The notes under the pieces were generated by a model, which searched no databases, was not told the DNA's origin, and saw only the letters and a list, made by a program, of their open reading frames with translations. A stretch of 62,935 nucleotides of DNA from Cyanophora paradoxa CCMP329 (lineage: Eukaryota > Plantae > Glaucophyta), in contig QPMI01000442.1 in NCBI GenBank assembly GCA_004431415.1, positions 1 through 62,935 of the forward strand, in the 5' to 3' direction. Below, piece by piece: positions 12,784 to 26,600 of this stretch. Positions within the stretch are counted from its first letter, which is position 1, and every line of letters starts with the position of its first letter. The translations under genes were made by a program, and so were the position numbers.

Positions 12784-15700
12784 CTACACATAGATGCGAT
12801 TCGGCCTTTTGCAATTGGGTCGGCGGCACTCGGGGCATTTGCATATTTGCTCTTGGCTGCTGTCGTCGAGGGTTCCGACTGGAGGCCCGGAGGTCGTGAA
12901 TTCGAAGAATGTGGGAATGTGACTACGTCAAGCACGTACCGAATACTTCCACGTGAGGGATCACCTGGCTCAATGTCTAACAAAGCATAAAACCCAAAAC
13001 GATATCTGTCACCAACCATCACTGGTCGAAGCTCGACGTTCGGTTTGCAGCTGTGATTCTGCAGCACTGGCCAGCCCCCGGCTGCCATATCCAGCAACCT
13101 GCACGCGCAGGCCTGTTCAAGCAAGTAGGAAGGGTACTTGTAATTGGAAGAAAGAACGGAATAACCAGTTGAGAAGATGTTTCAGTCGAACATGCGTTGT
13201 GAGCCGCGTAGCTTTCGACCGGGAACTTGCTCTGGACCTGTTGCATTTGTTCCCCAGAAGCTCTCCCAAAAACATGCCTGCTCGTATTCTGGGGGCCCAC
13301 TTCGGGTTCCGGATGCCAACACCACAGTCATTCTGCTCGTCGAAAACTTCCACGGAAATACTTGAAGACTGACCCACGATCTTGAAGTTCCGATTTCCGC
13401 AATCGGTAGTGCCATAAGAGCAGTTGAAAGGAGTGCACTGGTATTCGGAAACAATGTTGTGGCAAGCAGGAGAATCGCGGCAAAGAAGCAGACGTGACCC
13501 CGTGGCCCCGAAGCAGACGCAGCAATCATGGCTCAGTTGTTCTCTCACTGCCGCGCGGAACAGCGCGGTCAAAAATCGAACAGCGCTAGAACAACGCTCA
13601 CGAACCGGCTTTTGGAATATGTGGAAACTGGAAGTTAGAATTGTAAGCCTTGATAACCTCATTCATCCGCTTTTTTGCCAGCTCCGATCCATCATGTGAA
13701 ATTCGGGCCTGGTTTGGAGGGCGAGTATGATAAAGTTTCTGAACGTGTTCCAGGATGTGCGGAGAGGACTCAATTCTGGAGTTCTGAGCTCGGACTTCCG
13801 AGATGTACCTGCAAACGAGCACATGAAAAGGAAGAATACGAAGCTGAACCCTCCCGAACCTGAGTTCAAGTTCTTTGATGTGCTCTTCAGGGGAAGCCGT
13901 GATATCGTGATTGATGAAACGCGCCATAAGGTGCAGAGTAAGTTTCTCCTTGAATTCTTCGAGAGAAATCGGATACGTGTACGAAGCCTGCTTCTCGTAT
14001 TCTTCCTCATGCAGCTGCCCTGTTGGGTACCACATCTGCAACGTCGGAGGCCTAACGGCGCCAGACGCGTCGAGAATGTCGTTCAGACATTCAGACAACT
14101 GGAGTAAGAAGTCGCCTGCATGGACTCCGCACTGCCGTTAAGCCTTCAGTACCGGTAAATTTCAGCAATGCGAGCAATTGAAATGCCGACCGACAATGTG
14201 AACGCGTCCTGAGCAGTTGACGTGGAGCAGGGAAATAAATCGATTCGACAGACACGGTCCTCAAGTCGTGTTTCCGGCAACCAGCGGTCACATCCTCGCA
14301 TGCTCGAAAGCATCTCACCAGCGATGACAGCCGAGTTTTGAAAGTAGGTCCCAAGAGAATCGTAAAAAACCATTCCCGGCCCATCCGAGAAACTCAAAAG
14401 CACGTGAGCAGTCCTTTGCGATGAAAAAAATAAGCGAAACGATATTGTTATACGTTAAAAGAAATAGATTACCAGTGGAATGCCTCTTCCAATACGAAGG
14501 CGACCCCGGGCGCTGGTTTGCGGTGCCGTTCCAGAGATGCAATCTTGGAGACAATGCTCTCAACGACATTTCCATGGAATTCTAGGGGTCGGATTCCAAG
14601 TTGACGCATCAACTGTTTCGCACCAACAATCTCCAAAACTGTTTATAATTATGCTCGAAATTAGGCAATGGAAGACTTTGAGATGATCATTACGCACAAT
14701 TCTGCATGTGGATGTCATTGAAAGGGTCACCCAGCGTGTGCTCTGGAAGAAAAGCGAAGCCTCCCGTGAATTCCGGCAACTCCGGCACGTCAGCAAGCGG
14801 ACGCTCAAGTCGTTCTGGTTCGAGGCGAAACACGTGAAATGCGTCCACGTTGTACGTTGAGTACAATCCTTGAGGGACAGTTCGTGGCCGAAGCCTTGCC
14901 TGCCTTGAAACTGAATCTGAATTCCCGTCGATCACCTTGTTGGCGCAGCTGAGAATTCCCAGGTAATTGAAACGACCAAGAAGTCTGCAGTGATGCACAT
15001 CGCGTTCCGACCATGGATGATGGGAAAGTATCTTTTGGAAAAACAGGATGTCAAAACAGCTTTGCTTAGAGTAAAAAAGACAGCAACTTGGACCCACCAG
15101 GAAGCCCGAGGCGCACTGAACCGCAAGACGGACGAAGATTGATTCGCGAATATCGTGTTCCATCACTTGATCACTAATAACAGCGTGCGTAATTCTGCAT
15201 TCATCACATTAAACAGAGAAGTAGGTGGAATCCATATGTAAGAAAAAAGGGAGCTCACCCCAGACTTCCGAAGTCGGCAAGCCCGGCTTCGCCGATAACC
15301 AGCTCTGTGCGTTGTGTATACGCCTCGAGCAACGCAATCACTTCTGGGAATTCGCTGAACATAACGGATCGGCACTGCTGAAGAAAGGATATCTGAAGTT
15401 TTTTGAAGCTTGCGAGAAACATCTGCAAGATTTCGAATCCGACGAGTTTCTTCAGACGAAATGGAAGCTGCCTCTCCATGAGAGCAAATATGAGGCTGAG
15501 CTGCCTCAGAACGCCACCTGAACCTGCTCCTATGTCCGCAATCACAACCTCTGGCGAGTCCAGCTCCAAAGTCGAGTTCCCTTCCGGCAAGACCCCCCGG
15601 AAATGAACTCTGCTATCGTTTTGATGTCAACGAGGCCGAGCTCGCCATAATTCAAAGATCGAGAGAGCGATCCAATGGATGAGGCTTTCATGTTGTCTTG

Positions 15701-18131
15701 TTTCTTCAGAATGCTGGGCAGACTCTCCTTCCGGATATGAAAACGCATATCGTACACCGCTCCAGCTTCATCCGCATAGCGACCATTTGTGACAACCTCA
15801 GCCGCGAGTTGCCAGCGCCGTGGAAAGTTGTCACATCGACTGAATTCAATCATGCCACGGGAGCAAGAAACGACAAGCGGGGCGACTTCGTTTTCTCGCT
15901 TCTTGCGCTTCACTGGCTTGTCGCCTTCGAATCACTCAGAATTAAAAAAACCAGAAACATTTAAGACGCTCGAACCGACATACGGAGCTGAAGCTAAAGA
16001 TTGGAGGACTCTCGCTGCAGCCTGACGCCTGCCACCGCTGCTGGCCGTGGTGCGCGATGCACTGGAGTCAACAGATGCGTCTGAGGAATTGGGATCGTCG
16101 TTCGCGCCGTATGGCTTCTGGCTGAAGTCTATTGCTGAGTCGTTTCCGGCTGAACGCGTTCTTTTAATTCCCTGGCCAGGCTCTGGTCCGAAATCAACGC
16201 CTGACACGCGGGGTATCAGTTCAGAGATGGAAACATGAGCCATGATTCATGCATATGCTCACCGGGTATATTCTGAGTAAGGTAAGCCCAAATTTGATGC
16301 GTGTTCGGAAGTCGACCAGACGGTGTGCGAGCGGAAGGGTCCTTCGAATTCTTGATAGCGTACCGGTACCACGACACCCTCCAGTTGCTCAACTGTGGAT
16401 GCGTTTTAGGCCGATCCGTACTGGGCTGCTGCGGTAGGTCGCTGCGCATGCTCTTCCGGCGCCGTTTGACGGTGACGGGCCGATGTGCAGCTAAAGGGCG
16501 TGGGAACTCATGATCATGATCACGATTCTCATGGCAGGTTGGCGAATTCCGTGCCGGAGAGCTGTTGGAAGAACTGCTTCCGCCTGGAAGCTGCAGCTGC
16601 TCTTCCGCCTGGAATAAGCGCTCGCTTTCGGACTCATCGCTCGCTGACTGTTCACCGTACGAAAAATCGGTCTTGGTACGATCAAGAGACCGCAAGTGAA
16701 GTTTACGAAGTTCCTCGGAATCGCCAGGGAGTCTGATCTTCAGAGCTAGAAGCCAGTCGCTGGCGACCGTCTCGGCATACTTCAATAGGGCACGCGAGCT
16801 CGATGTCGAAAGCTTCTTTACCCAATCCAGAAGTTCGGCGGGGTTTGCCGGATGGCCGACATTCACAGAAGGAAAATTCGCGTTTTCCAGCATATCGAGA
16901 ACGACATTGGCGGCTTCAGCAGTGATGTCTGATATGACCTGCAAAGATGATGGGATGACAACAGGTGTGCAGAGAAGGTTGAAGATTACCTTCCTGTGGA
17001 GGGCGTCGTCTGTTTTCACACCGAAGGATGCGAAGAAATCTGTTGGCAGCTGAGGAGCATCGTCGTCGCCGTCACTCGATGAGCTCGAGCTCGAGGAAGC
17101 GTACGGTGCTGCATTCGATTAAAAAGCGCGGATGAAGCCCGAGCACACGGGCAGATGCAGCTTTTCTTTCGCACATGAGAGCGGTGGAGAGAATGCCCTG
17201 TTTCCTCGAGCTGCTGCCCGAACCAAGACTGGCGGCGTCCTCGGAGAACGCGGTGCGACGGAGGGCTGCGAGGATAAGAAGAAGCCCGCACAGTCAAGTT
17301 TTAGAATGGCCGCTCACTCTCAGATGGTCAGATTCACGTGAAGGACTTGGGGGGTCCCAATGCTGCGCGAAGCTCAGATCTAGATTGCTGGAGGACGCTC
17401 AAATCGCTGGTTTCTAAGAACGGACGGAGCTCGTGGCACCAACTGGGCCCGGAGGGCAGAAAGGTGTGCGCGGATCCTGGAGCCGGAGGCGGGGGGAGCC
17501 GGATAGCGGGGGGAGCCGGATATAAGAAGCAATAAGAAGTAAGAAGTAAGAGTAAGAAGCTGTAAGCTAAGAAGCTGCGTAGAAAGAAGCTCATTGAAGG
17601 GGAAGAAGCTTTTGAAGTAAAGAAGCTCTAGACACAGCAATTGCAAGCAGGCAGCCAACCACGTGCACGGACCGAGCTCGTACGGCACTGCGATGGAAGC
17701 TCAGATTTCAAAGCGAAGGTATGGCGTGAGGTTGCCTTGAGTAAGAAAGGCTTCCCGCTCTGGTTCTGGTCCTGTACATGTGGCCACGCGTGTGTGAAGG
17801 GCGTGCATAGCGTATCCACATGTACATGCACGTACCGCGGCCGGTACGCCGCGGCCTGACTGGATTCTTGCAGCCTCCCATTGTTTGAGGACTTCTCGAA
17901 ACCGCTCGGGAGCACCTGGGATCATGCGGAGCCGGCCGAGCAGTGCCGCTTGGCGCTTCTTGTAGGTTTCGAGCGGAGCGTCCGGTGGGGCAGTTCATGT
18001 TCCTTTTGGGAAAGCCGCAAGACCAGAGCGATCGGCTTCAGGAGCTCGCACATGCGCTTCTGGAACAAAACCTCCTCATTCGAACTCTGGAAGGCGCCCA
18101 AGCGCGTTGGAGAGGTCAGAGATGTGGGCAT
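12784..18131 (-). CDS. Long spliced protein with a DOT1-like SAM methyltransferase domain and a C-terminal AWS-SET-postSET domain
   Basis: DOT1-like (~14820-15700): NYGELG..., VIADIGAGSGGVLRQL, LVGFEI, ITHAVISDQVM..., ILSHHPW. AWS-like: CCVC...C...CHN....QC...C..GTTDCGNRNF (~13395-13525). SET: GVGIR...IRAGMFLGELLGE, NHSCKPN (13038-13058), FYALLDIEPGDPLTWKY. Post-SET: CKCPECRRPNC. Exons join with no intergenic gap after correcting 1-bp homopolymer losses. Confidence 0.75.
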
Positions 18132-18401
18132 GCGCACACGCCGCAATCGCGCTACGCATGCTAGTTGCGATAGAAGCACGGCCGGGAGAGCTGGCCGGCG
18201 CCGAGAGAGCACGGCCGGCGCCGAGAGAGCTGCGGGTGGTTGTGTAGGCAAGCTCTGTTCTTGTGTACGGACCTGTTTTGCTCTTAGCATTCTGTTCTAC
18301 CGTCTTGACGACGTCGACCGGCAGACGAACTCTGTACCCCCTTGCGCGCCGTGCCTCGGCCGTGGCCACCGTAGCGCGCAGCGGCTGCCTTTGGCGGCGC
18401 G

Positions 18402-21370
18402 ATGAACAGCTTCAGAGAGCCTTTCTTTGACTCTGACTGCTTGAGTCGTCACTGGCATGGTACTTCTTTAGCTTTTCCCCGGGAACCGCGATACCGCGAA
18501 CTGCAAAGAAGTGCGGGGATGATTGCTGACGTTTTCGCGGTGCCGCAGAGCCCCTGCCCCCAGATATGCGGCGACTGGATACGACGGTATGTAAACGCCA
18601 CAGAAACGACGTGCCAAACAGATCTAGACTGCCATACGCAGAACCCACATGCTGCCCTTCTTGAATTACAGGCATCGAAGTCGACTATGGCAGCCTTGTC
18701 GGCAGCGTCAGCCGCCATCAATGCTACGCTTAGGTAACAGGCGCAGCAGAGCTCGAGCAAGTGCAGTTTGGCGTTCTTACTCGTTCTTACTCGCAGAGCA
18801 ATCATCGCAACGGACCCCGTGAACTTCGCTGACCCAAACAAGCAAGTGTGCCTTCTTCTGATAGGCCTAGTTCAGCTTCACGGTCGTCCTCTAGCCTTGC
18901 GTGCTTTCCGGTGCGAATGCGCGGCGTTGCCTTCATCGCTGCCTGCCGGCTCTGTGTCTGAAGCTGTCGATCTTTCTGATCTGGCAGGGCGTGTGCCGAC
19001 CTGCCAGACGGAGAAGTCGAGAGGCTCGAATCTGATTTACGTGTACATGCATATGATTGCAATTCGCACATGCACGTCCCAGATGGCGCTGGATCATTCA
19101 GTGTGGATCAAATCGAAAGAGCGCACGTATTCAACTGGTCTCTTCTTTTCAGTCAGATCTTCGCGTTTCTTCGCCAAGGCCGGATGGCTCTGGATTCACA
19201 ATGGAGTCGGTTCATCGAAGCACGAGATAGCGATTGTGCTGGGGCTTGGGGATCTTCGTCATTGTCAGTGCTCTCGCAAGTTGAAGATGTGTCTCCGTCC
19301 GAAATGTAAGTAGTAGTGTTATGCTTGGAGTGAAATGATTGATTCTTTTTCAGGTTTATCTTCCGTGCTCTTTCGGATCCTATGGGGATAGGGTCGTCTT
19401 CTATGGTGCATGATAACTGGCCATCTTCAGAATTGCAAGAATCTCGCGATGTACCTTTCTCTATCGGTCTGTCACATTACAATGTAGTTCAATCTGTAGC
19501 ATACAATCATGTTTGGCGCACAGTGGACATCAATTCTCACCGGAAGGACATCGATGATAAACTGAGTCAGCTCTGCGACGGTTTCAAGTTTGTGACGCTC
19601 TCGCATGCGGGGAGCGCGTCTGATCTGGAGTCAGTCGTCAATGAGATAGCGTGCCTGGTACGCAGTCAATTCTCTTGTGCAATTGTGGATCCGTTTCTTC
19701 TGATTTCGTCACCAGCTTGCACGCACTGCAAAGCTAAAATGCCCTTTGGGGGCGTATGTGTGGACTAAAGGCTGCTGGGGAACGTCAAGGGGCGCTCTCG
19801 GGCCGAATGTTCGAAATCGAAGGCGGTCGCCAGCACCAGCAAATGCCATCAATGGACGGTAGACTGTGTTAACCTTTATTTTGTCCGTCGACTTCAACTC
19901 TTGACCGATCAGGGAAACCCACCTTGTTATCCCGTGTGTGTACGATAAACTTCCTCCCGACCAGCAAATGCCCGGAAACAATCAAGCACACTTCGCCATT
20001 TCTCAAATTCGGAAGGTATTCATTAACATGTGCGCCTGATTCCGCTGAAGTGGTCCCGACCTTCGACTTAGATAATAGAAGAACGCCGAACGAGCGCGAA
20101 ATCCATCACTGTACAGGAGCTTGAGAGCTCGCATCCCTTTGCAAAGCTTCCTATCAAGGTCAGTTGGAATCACGGTCCGAGCAGCATTCTGGTTCTGTTT
20201 GGAACCGAATCTTTTAGGTTATCATCATGGAGGCAGTTCAAATGGATTCTTTTGACGGAATCCGGTTCATTTCGAAGGAATTTCTTATCGAGTTATCGAA
20301 GCTTAGCAAGGAATTCGGAATCGCACTGTTGGTCGACGAATCAATAACAGGTGAGCAGCTGTACATGTGTGCGCGCATAACAGGGAGAGTGACAATGTCC
20401 GCACTTCACGCGCAGCCATGTGTCGTACAGCGAAGTCTTTCTTCGCATTTGAACAGTTTGTGAGCACTGTGCAGAACTCGAATACGAAGGACGAGATTCT
20501 TGTGCACGGCGTGCTTACGGGGAAAACGATGCTTCCGTCGTGTATTCTCGTGCGCGCTCAGCATTGTTCGCTCTCGCCGAGGGCATTGAGAGCATCAGGC
20601 GTGATGCAGGTAAAAGAAATGCCTGGTGGAGTAGATCCATGGAAGCGGACGTTCAACATTCCAGCGGAAGAATTTGCAAATGATGTTTTTGCCGGTACGA
20701 TTTCACACTTGTAGTTTTCTGAGAAACACTTTCATTGCCTCTCTGCAGAGTATATAACTGTGCAGCCGTATCGTGACGCTTTGATCAGGACATCTTGTGT
20801 TTTGGATAAAAGTTCGTGTTTGTGTCCTAATCGTTACCACCTCTCATGCATATCCTCTAGTTTGCAAAATGCGCACTCGATGTCCAGACTTCTTCCAAAG
20901 CCTTGCAGCTCTGTCGACCAAAATTTTCCATCTCTTTGAGGACTTCGAATTTGGCCTGCGAGCTTCGCTTTGGAGGCGACGGAAATCTTCTATCCGTCCG
21001 GCCGCTTGGCTAGCAGCTCGGGAAGTCTCCCGCTACTCGGATTGCGATCTATCCTACAGTACATCCGTAAATGACATCAAATACGAGGCGGGGCAAGCAG
21101 TTTCGCATGCCGGTACGATTATAGTGTATTGCTTTTCATAATTTTCTGCGAAAGCGCATTTGTTTGCTTTTCATTAATTTTTGCGCCTGTGCAGGATTCC
21201 TGTTCGCAGTGCCGACTGTTGTCGCAGACAATTTGCCCCAGTTCATTTACACGCGCATTGCCCAATGCGAAGTAGCATCTTATCATCGGTACATTTTTCC
21301 AATCGATTGCAATTTCCAGAGGCTGGTGCAGCGATTTGCACGTGCCAAGCGTACAAAACTATCGCTTTAG
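18402..21370 (+). CDS. Class-III aminotransferase-like (PLP-fold) protein with long N-terminal extension, paralogue 1
   Basis: Spliced motif IIMEAVQMDSFDGIRFISKEFLIELSKLSKEFGIALLVDESIT|AMCRTAKSFFAFEQF...ILVHGVLTGK (~20221-20530) resembles the class-III pattern EP.Q...fl..lr.l....gilLIfDEvqTG.gRtG..fA.e...D....gK. Confidence 0.7.
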
Positions 21371-21387
21371 ATGGTAAAGTCTATTTT

Positions 21388-23401
21388 TTAAGAAGAACGA
21401 GCGCGCTTGGGCTTGACCGCACTTGGGCTTGCAACAGGGTCCTCGAATGCCCTACGGCGAAACCAGCGCGCGCTGTCAATGCATCGTCTGTCAAGAGTAA
21501 GCTAATCTTCGAACCGTACGCGTGGAGTGTGTCGTGATTCCGAACATACACAGCCAACAAGATCCGATCTCATCAATGACTCCAGGCCCCAGCGAGCGGC
21601 TCTCTCGCAAGGCTTAGCGATGCTGCTCTCGAAATCGTCCCAAGTAATGCGAAAATCGTACATGGCCTGCGAATGGGTGTGTGGGATGTTAGTTAAAAGA
21701 TGGGGATCGAACAAAGATCGGGCAACATTACCCGAACAAGCATATTGTGATTGTTCATATACGCCTCGGCGGCGGGCATCCATTGTGTATCCTCGATTAT
21801 TTGCATAGTTTTCTCCCACTGAAGATAGCGAAGCACTGTGAGTATAATGGCGCGCGCGGGTGCCCATGGCCAGCAAAATTGCGCACATCGTGCACAATGC
21901 CTGCCACGTTGAGGCAGCTTCCTAGAGAGCCCTCCCTTGTCTTCCGCATCAGGTAATCCATGGCATCGACACCGGGCGCCACCTCGGGATACGAGGAGTA
22001 ATACGGCGCTAGTGTGTGTGCAGCTTGCTTCAGAAGTACCTCGGCCATTAGACGGTTTCGGTACAAATGCTGAACGAGATTCTGAGTAAATTAACAGGCC
22101 AGGCTCTGATATTGATCATCTTTGTCTTACCTTCAACATGCATTGGTCCTGCTTCGGAAGGCGGTTGCAAGAGCGAGCTTCAGTGTACGGATGACGTACA
22201 TATTCCTGAATCGTGTGCACAGAAGGCACAGGATCAAGCATCCAACTCTTGAGAATTCCGGTGTCATGATGAGGAAATAGTGTTCTGAAAGTGTCACCGA
22301 GGCGTTTGTGGTGACGATTGAATATGTGTCGATACGGATGCCCTGGGGCAACAATTGGCTCGAGGCGCATGTTTCCACGGAAACCGCCAACTTGGTAAGG
22401 AACCCAGCCATCACGCGCATGCGACGCGTACGAGCCTTTCCAGGTCTTTGCGTCGAGGAAGCAGTCAAGACTATTTTTGAGTTTGTGTGCACGGACGCCG
22501 ACAGCAGGAGCTGGGACGGGCAAGGTCGCCGGATAGTCTTGTGAAAAGAACGAAACTTGATGCCGGGCGTGTTCTTCCAAGTTGCCTTCGTCCGGCCAAA
22601 CGCCAGAACCGACAGCAAGAGTGCGCTGATAAGGACTCTTGAAAGGGGGAAAACCTTGCACGCCTTGCAAGGGAGTCTGATTTCGTTATATTCCATAAAG
22701 ATTGTTCGACAGTCCTGTCCGCGAGAAATCCAGCTGGCGCAATCCGCAGGGGTCATCGTTGGGAACAACTTCCCGAACATGCTTCGTGTTGACCGGTCTT
22801 GAATACGTGTTTGGAATCGGGAATTCGCAACTATGTCTTTCGAGTGCGCAGAAGAAGGTGAAAACGTTGAGCCGTCACCAAATGCAGGGGAATCCGGATT
22901 GAGAAGAATTACGTCATCATCAGCTTGTTTCTTTGGAGGAGTCGAGCACCTGGAATTCGGGTCCAAATTACCGGCAGTGATCGACAATTCACGATGCTCA
23001 AGCTCACCCTTTGCCCGCGTTCTCGGACAGTAACGGCACTTCGCCAGTTGCCTCAGTCGAAAGATTTGCAACGACGTCGAAATCGGGGTTTGAGTATACA
23101 TCGTCATCGCTCAAAAGAGCAGCAGAAGCTCTTGCCCTGGGCAAATCATTTCCAATTCTGCACACACGATAGCCTGAGCGAGCGTTGATAGCAACAGAAA
23201 CAAAAATCCACACCCGGTGCCATCGCTGTCGACTGTCAGCGTGACAGCGGCGGGCAAGGCCGGTCTGGTGACTTCAGACATCGTATCGGCCAGCGACATT
23301 ACCTCGCTATCAACGTCATTGCCAGTTGATGCCTGTTGCGGACGAAACGGGAATAGCTGCAAAGCTTTGGCGACACTCTCCTTGAGCATTCTGAAGGCCA
23401 T
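21388..23401 (-). CDS. Hypothetical protein of an unknown family (Cys cluster PCxAC, FPPFK, DGWVP...GNxRL), paralogue 1
   Basis: ORFs 23111-23569, 22133-23107, 22116-22670, 21797-22066 and 21502-21897 can be spliced together; colinear similarity to the gene at 53.7-55.5 kb supports coding status. Confidence 0.75.
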
Positions 23402-23637
23402 TGCTGACGAAAGGCCTACGTATACCGGGCTGAAGAGGTGTTGGGCTGACTTCAATGTGGCGGGAAGAGTGGCGCATACTGATCGATACCCCCCGCAAGC
23501 AGTTGGACCCCCCCCCCCCCCCCCGCCCTCCCCCCCTCTTTGCGAGTTTTTCGACGCGTACAAGAACAACCCGAAGATGAAGCAGGCCTAAGCCGACGTC
23601 TTCATGTGGTGCGTGCAGCAGGCCAAGAAAGTTACAG

Positions 23638-26600
23638 TTATTTCGCATCAGATGCACTCGCATGCACATATTCCAAAGCTATTTCGTCCATATCGCGGTC
23701 GTTGTAGTCATACAAAACTTCTTCTCCTTCGTTGATGTCGCGCAATGCGAAGAATGCGATGCCAAGTTCGCCGTTTGCTGGACTCGAGACGTTCGTGGAT
23801 ACCACTCTGCGTTGTCATGATTAGTCAGCACCCGAACACAACAGGCTTAGTGAAGCAAACGAACAAAGGAATAAGATTTGCCGATCCCTTCGGACCGTGA
23901 TTAATTATTCTAGCAAGACCATTCCCTGTTGTCGCATCGAGGCTGCGTACGGTTCGAAACTGCGCCTCTCAAGAGACCAAAAGCATAAGAAACGCACGCA
24001 AAGTGGCGAGAACCGATTGTAAATTCGTAAAGATAATAGTGGCCGCCACGTTGCTGCAGTTTCTTTCGTAATGTGTTTATGCTTGCAAGACCACGAACGA
24101 GGTGGCCTCGATAGACAGAAATGAGCTTCACGCAGCAGTGAGTAGAGCGTTTTTTTTGTATAAATCTCTGAGCAAGAAGAATGCGCAACTGTTCCAATTA
24201 CGATACGCTTGGCTGCAATTGCACCCATTCCCTTTGGAGGTCCGAAATTGCAAGGGCGCAACAAATCTGATTCGTATCGGGAGAGTGCCTCCTCTCCAGC
24301 TGCGATGAGGTTTCGGGCAGCTTGGAGCATCTCTCTACTGATGGTGAGGACGACCGAGTTGACGAGTGTTGGAATCGAACGAGAATTGCGTGTTCGGGAA
24401 GCCTCCTCTTCGAGGAGTTTGCGGTATTTGCTTGCGAGTCGAGGTGGAAGATCCGGTGGCCGCCAGAATGTCAAATCTGCCTGAGCGTTCCGTGCGATAA
24501 AAAGCTTAACTTGTACCGATGCATTAAGGTGCCGATGATACAAAATGACATGAAGACGTGCAAGAGCGTCTTTAGCGGTCTTCGTATTCCCCAGCTGTGC
24601 TCGGCTGTTGTGCATGTAGAAGGAGACGAAGCGATCGGGATTCTTTTCCAAAAACGCAGTAAAATACTCAACACACGATACGTTCAGCGTCTGCAAAATA
24701 TGAACGGTCAGCCATTATATGTATAGGTAAATGACTTCATTTCGGAAAGAACCTCGTCATTCTCTCCGGCATTGAATCCAATGCAACTAGGCATTGATTC
24801 AATGAGATCGACGAGTTTCTTGAAAGCTGAAATGGAGATTTTCCAGCCATGTGCTAGAATAACTTTTGTCACATCGTTGCCCTTGAATGCTTCGTATAAA
24901 TCGACGACCTTCACGAGCGCAAGTTTCAGAAGAACGCGGCATCTTCATCTGCATGCCTACCTCTGTGTCTTGTACGGGATGAGATTTATTGACGAGTTTC
25001 AGGATTTCAGGGAACTTTCTTGACTCTCGTGCATCGGTTATCATTTGTGAAAGCTCTTTGTTCAGTCGAGTGTTTCGCACGGGACGACATCGGGTGTCTG
25101 CTTGTTGTAATTAGAATACGCAAGTAACATGCACTAGAAGCTTCTAGGTCTAACTATAATCAGCGGGCTTCGGCGGGATCACTGATCTACTTTGCTGCTA
25201 GCCTTTGCCCCTTTTGTTTTGCCGCTAGCGCTGCGGCGTCGGCCGCGGCCTCTGCCGCGGCCTCTGCCGCGGCCTCTGCCGCGGCCTCTGCCGCGGCCTC
25301 TGCCGGTTGATTCTTCGCTGGACAATTCGGTCGCAGCATCACGAGCCAGCTCACGCTTCTCTGAGACCGAAGCATGCTCGCCGCCCTCCTCGCCTTGCTC
25401 GCCGCCCTCCTCGCCTTGCTCGCCGCCCTCCTCGCCTTGCTCGCCGCCCTCCTCGCCTTGCTCGCCGCCCTCCTCGCCTTGCTCGCCGCCCTCCACGCCC
25501 TCCAGCATTGGACCTTTAAAAAAAGGTAATGTTTTCAAGCCCGATAAAGATGCGAATGCGAATATGAACGCCCACCTTTCTTATCGGCTTTTTCCGTTCT
25601 CCTCCTCTTGAGCTCCCTATCATCTTCATCTGCGGGAATAGCATCGTTCAGTTGTAGCGCCGCGATTAGCGGAGCTAAATAAGAAGATGAACCGGCAGAA
25701 TCCGGAGCTGCCGTGATAGTGAGCATTTGACTATCAGGTCCGTTCAAATTTTGGCAGGGCAAGGACCTGATTTGGAAATCGAGCTCGGGCCGGCCACGGG
25801 GGCAGGAACCTGCGAAGACTTCTTGACCCATTCGTCCAGTTCCTTCCGGTCGAAAAAACGTCTTTTGAATGTGTCTGGTCCTGATGAGCGAAAAATCTGG
25901 TTAAAGCCTCCGAATTGGAGTTCAGCGAAGAGCTCACCAAGAGCTTGAAGTTGATCCTCGAAGTATTTGGGTTCGAGGAAATAAGCAGGGCGGTCTTCCG
26001 AGCTGAACTTCGCATCTTGCTTCGGAAGGAGATCATCAGCTTCTTTGAGCTCGTCGAGAGTCCAGAAGCCCACTGCAATAAAAGAATCATATAATTGTTA
26101 GCAAAAGTTTGGAAACCTCTAGAGAATTGCATGTTATCAAGCAAACGAACCGTGAAACGAAGGCTTGATTGCGTTCAACGAGTCCACAACCTCGCGTTCT
26201 GCACGAGAGAGCTTTCCGCCAAGCATGCTCTTGCGGACGAGTGGATGGTATCCGACCGCGCCGAATATCACATCAATGTTTGGCTGGTCTGGAACACCGA
26301 ATTGGGTTTCTGGTTCGTCGTCTTCTTCCGCATCCTCGCGACCGATGGCAAGCTGCGGCACGAGCACTCGTGTGATGCGGCCGAACAAGGCGCTTGATAT
26401 TGCCCATCTGCGCGTGCGTTATTTTAGATTGTCGAAGTGATTGAAGGCATGCGTAATGGCGCACTTGCCGAAGGCATGAAGAATCTCTGTAGCGAGAGGC
26501 CCATCAAAGAATCGATTTTCTTTGAACATGTTCATCTGCACGATTTCACCGGATTGCATGAACTTTGTAGAGCTGTAGGTCCATGGCCAGTCAAGAAAAA

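Noticed and set aside
17520-17630. AAG-rich repeat as a coding feature
   Set aside because: It falls in a probable pyrimidine-rich intron of the minus-strand gene.
25190-25310. Histone-tail mimic (STGRGRG...ASGKTKGAKASSK)
   Set aside because: Low-complexity sequence generated by a 12-bp repeat; the resemblance to H2A/H4 tails is not specific.
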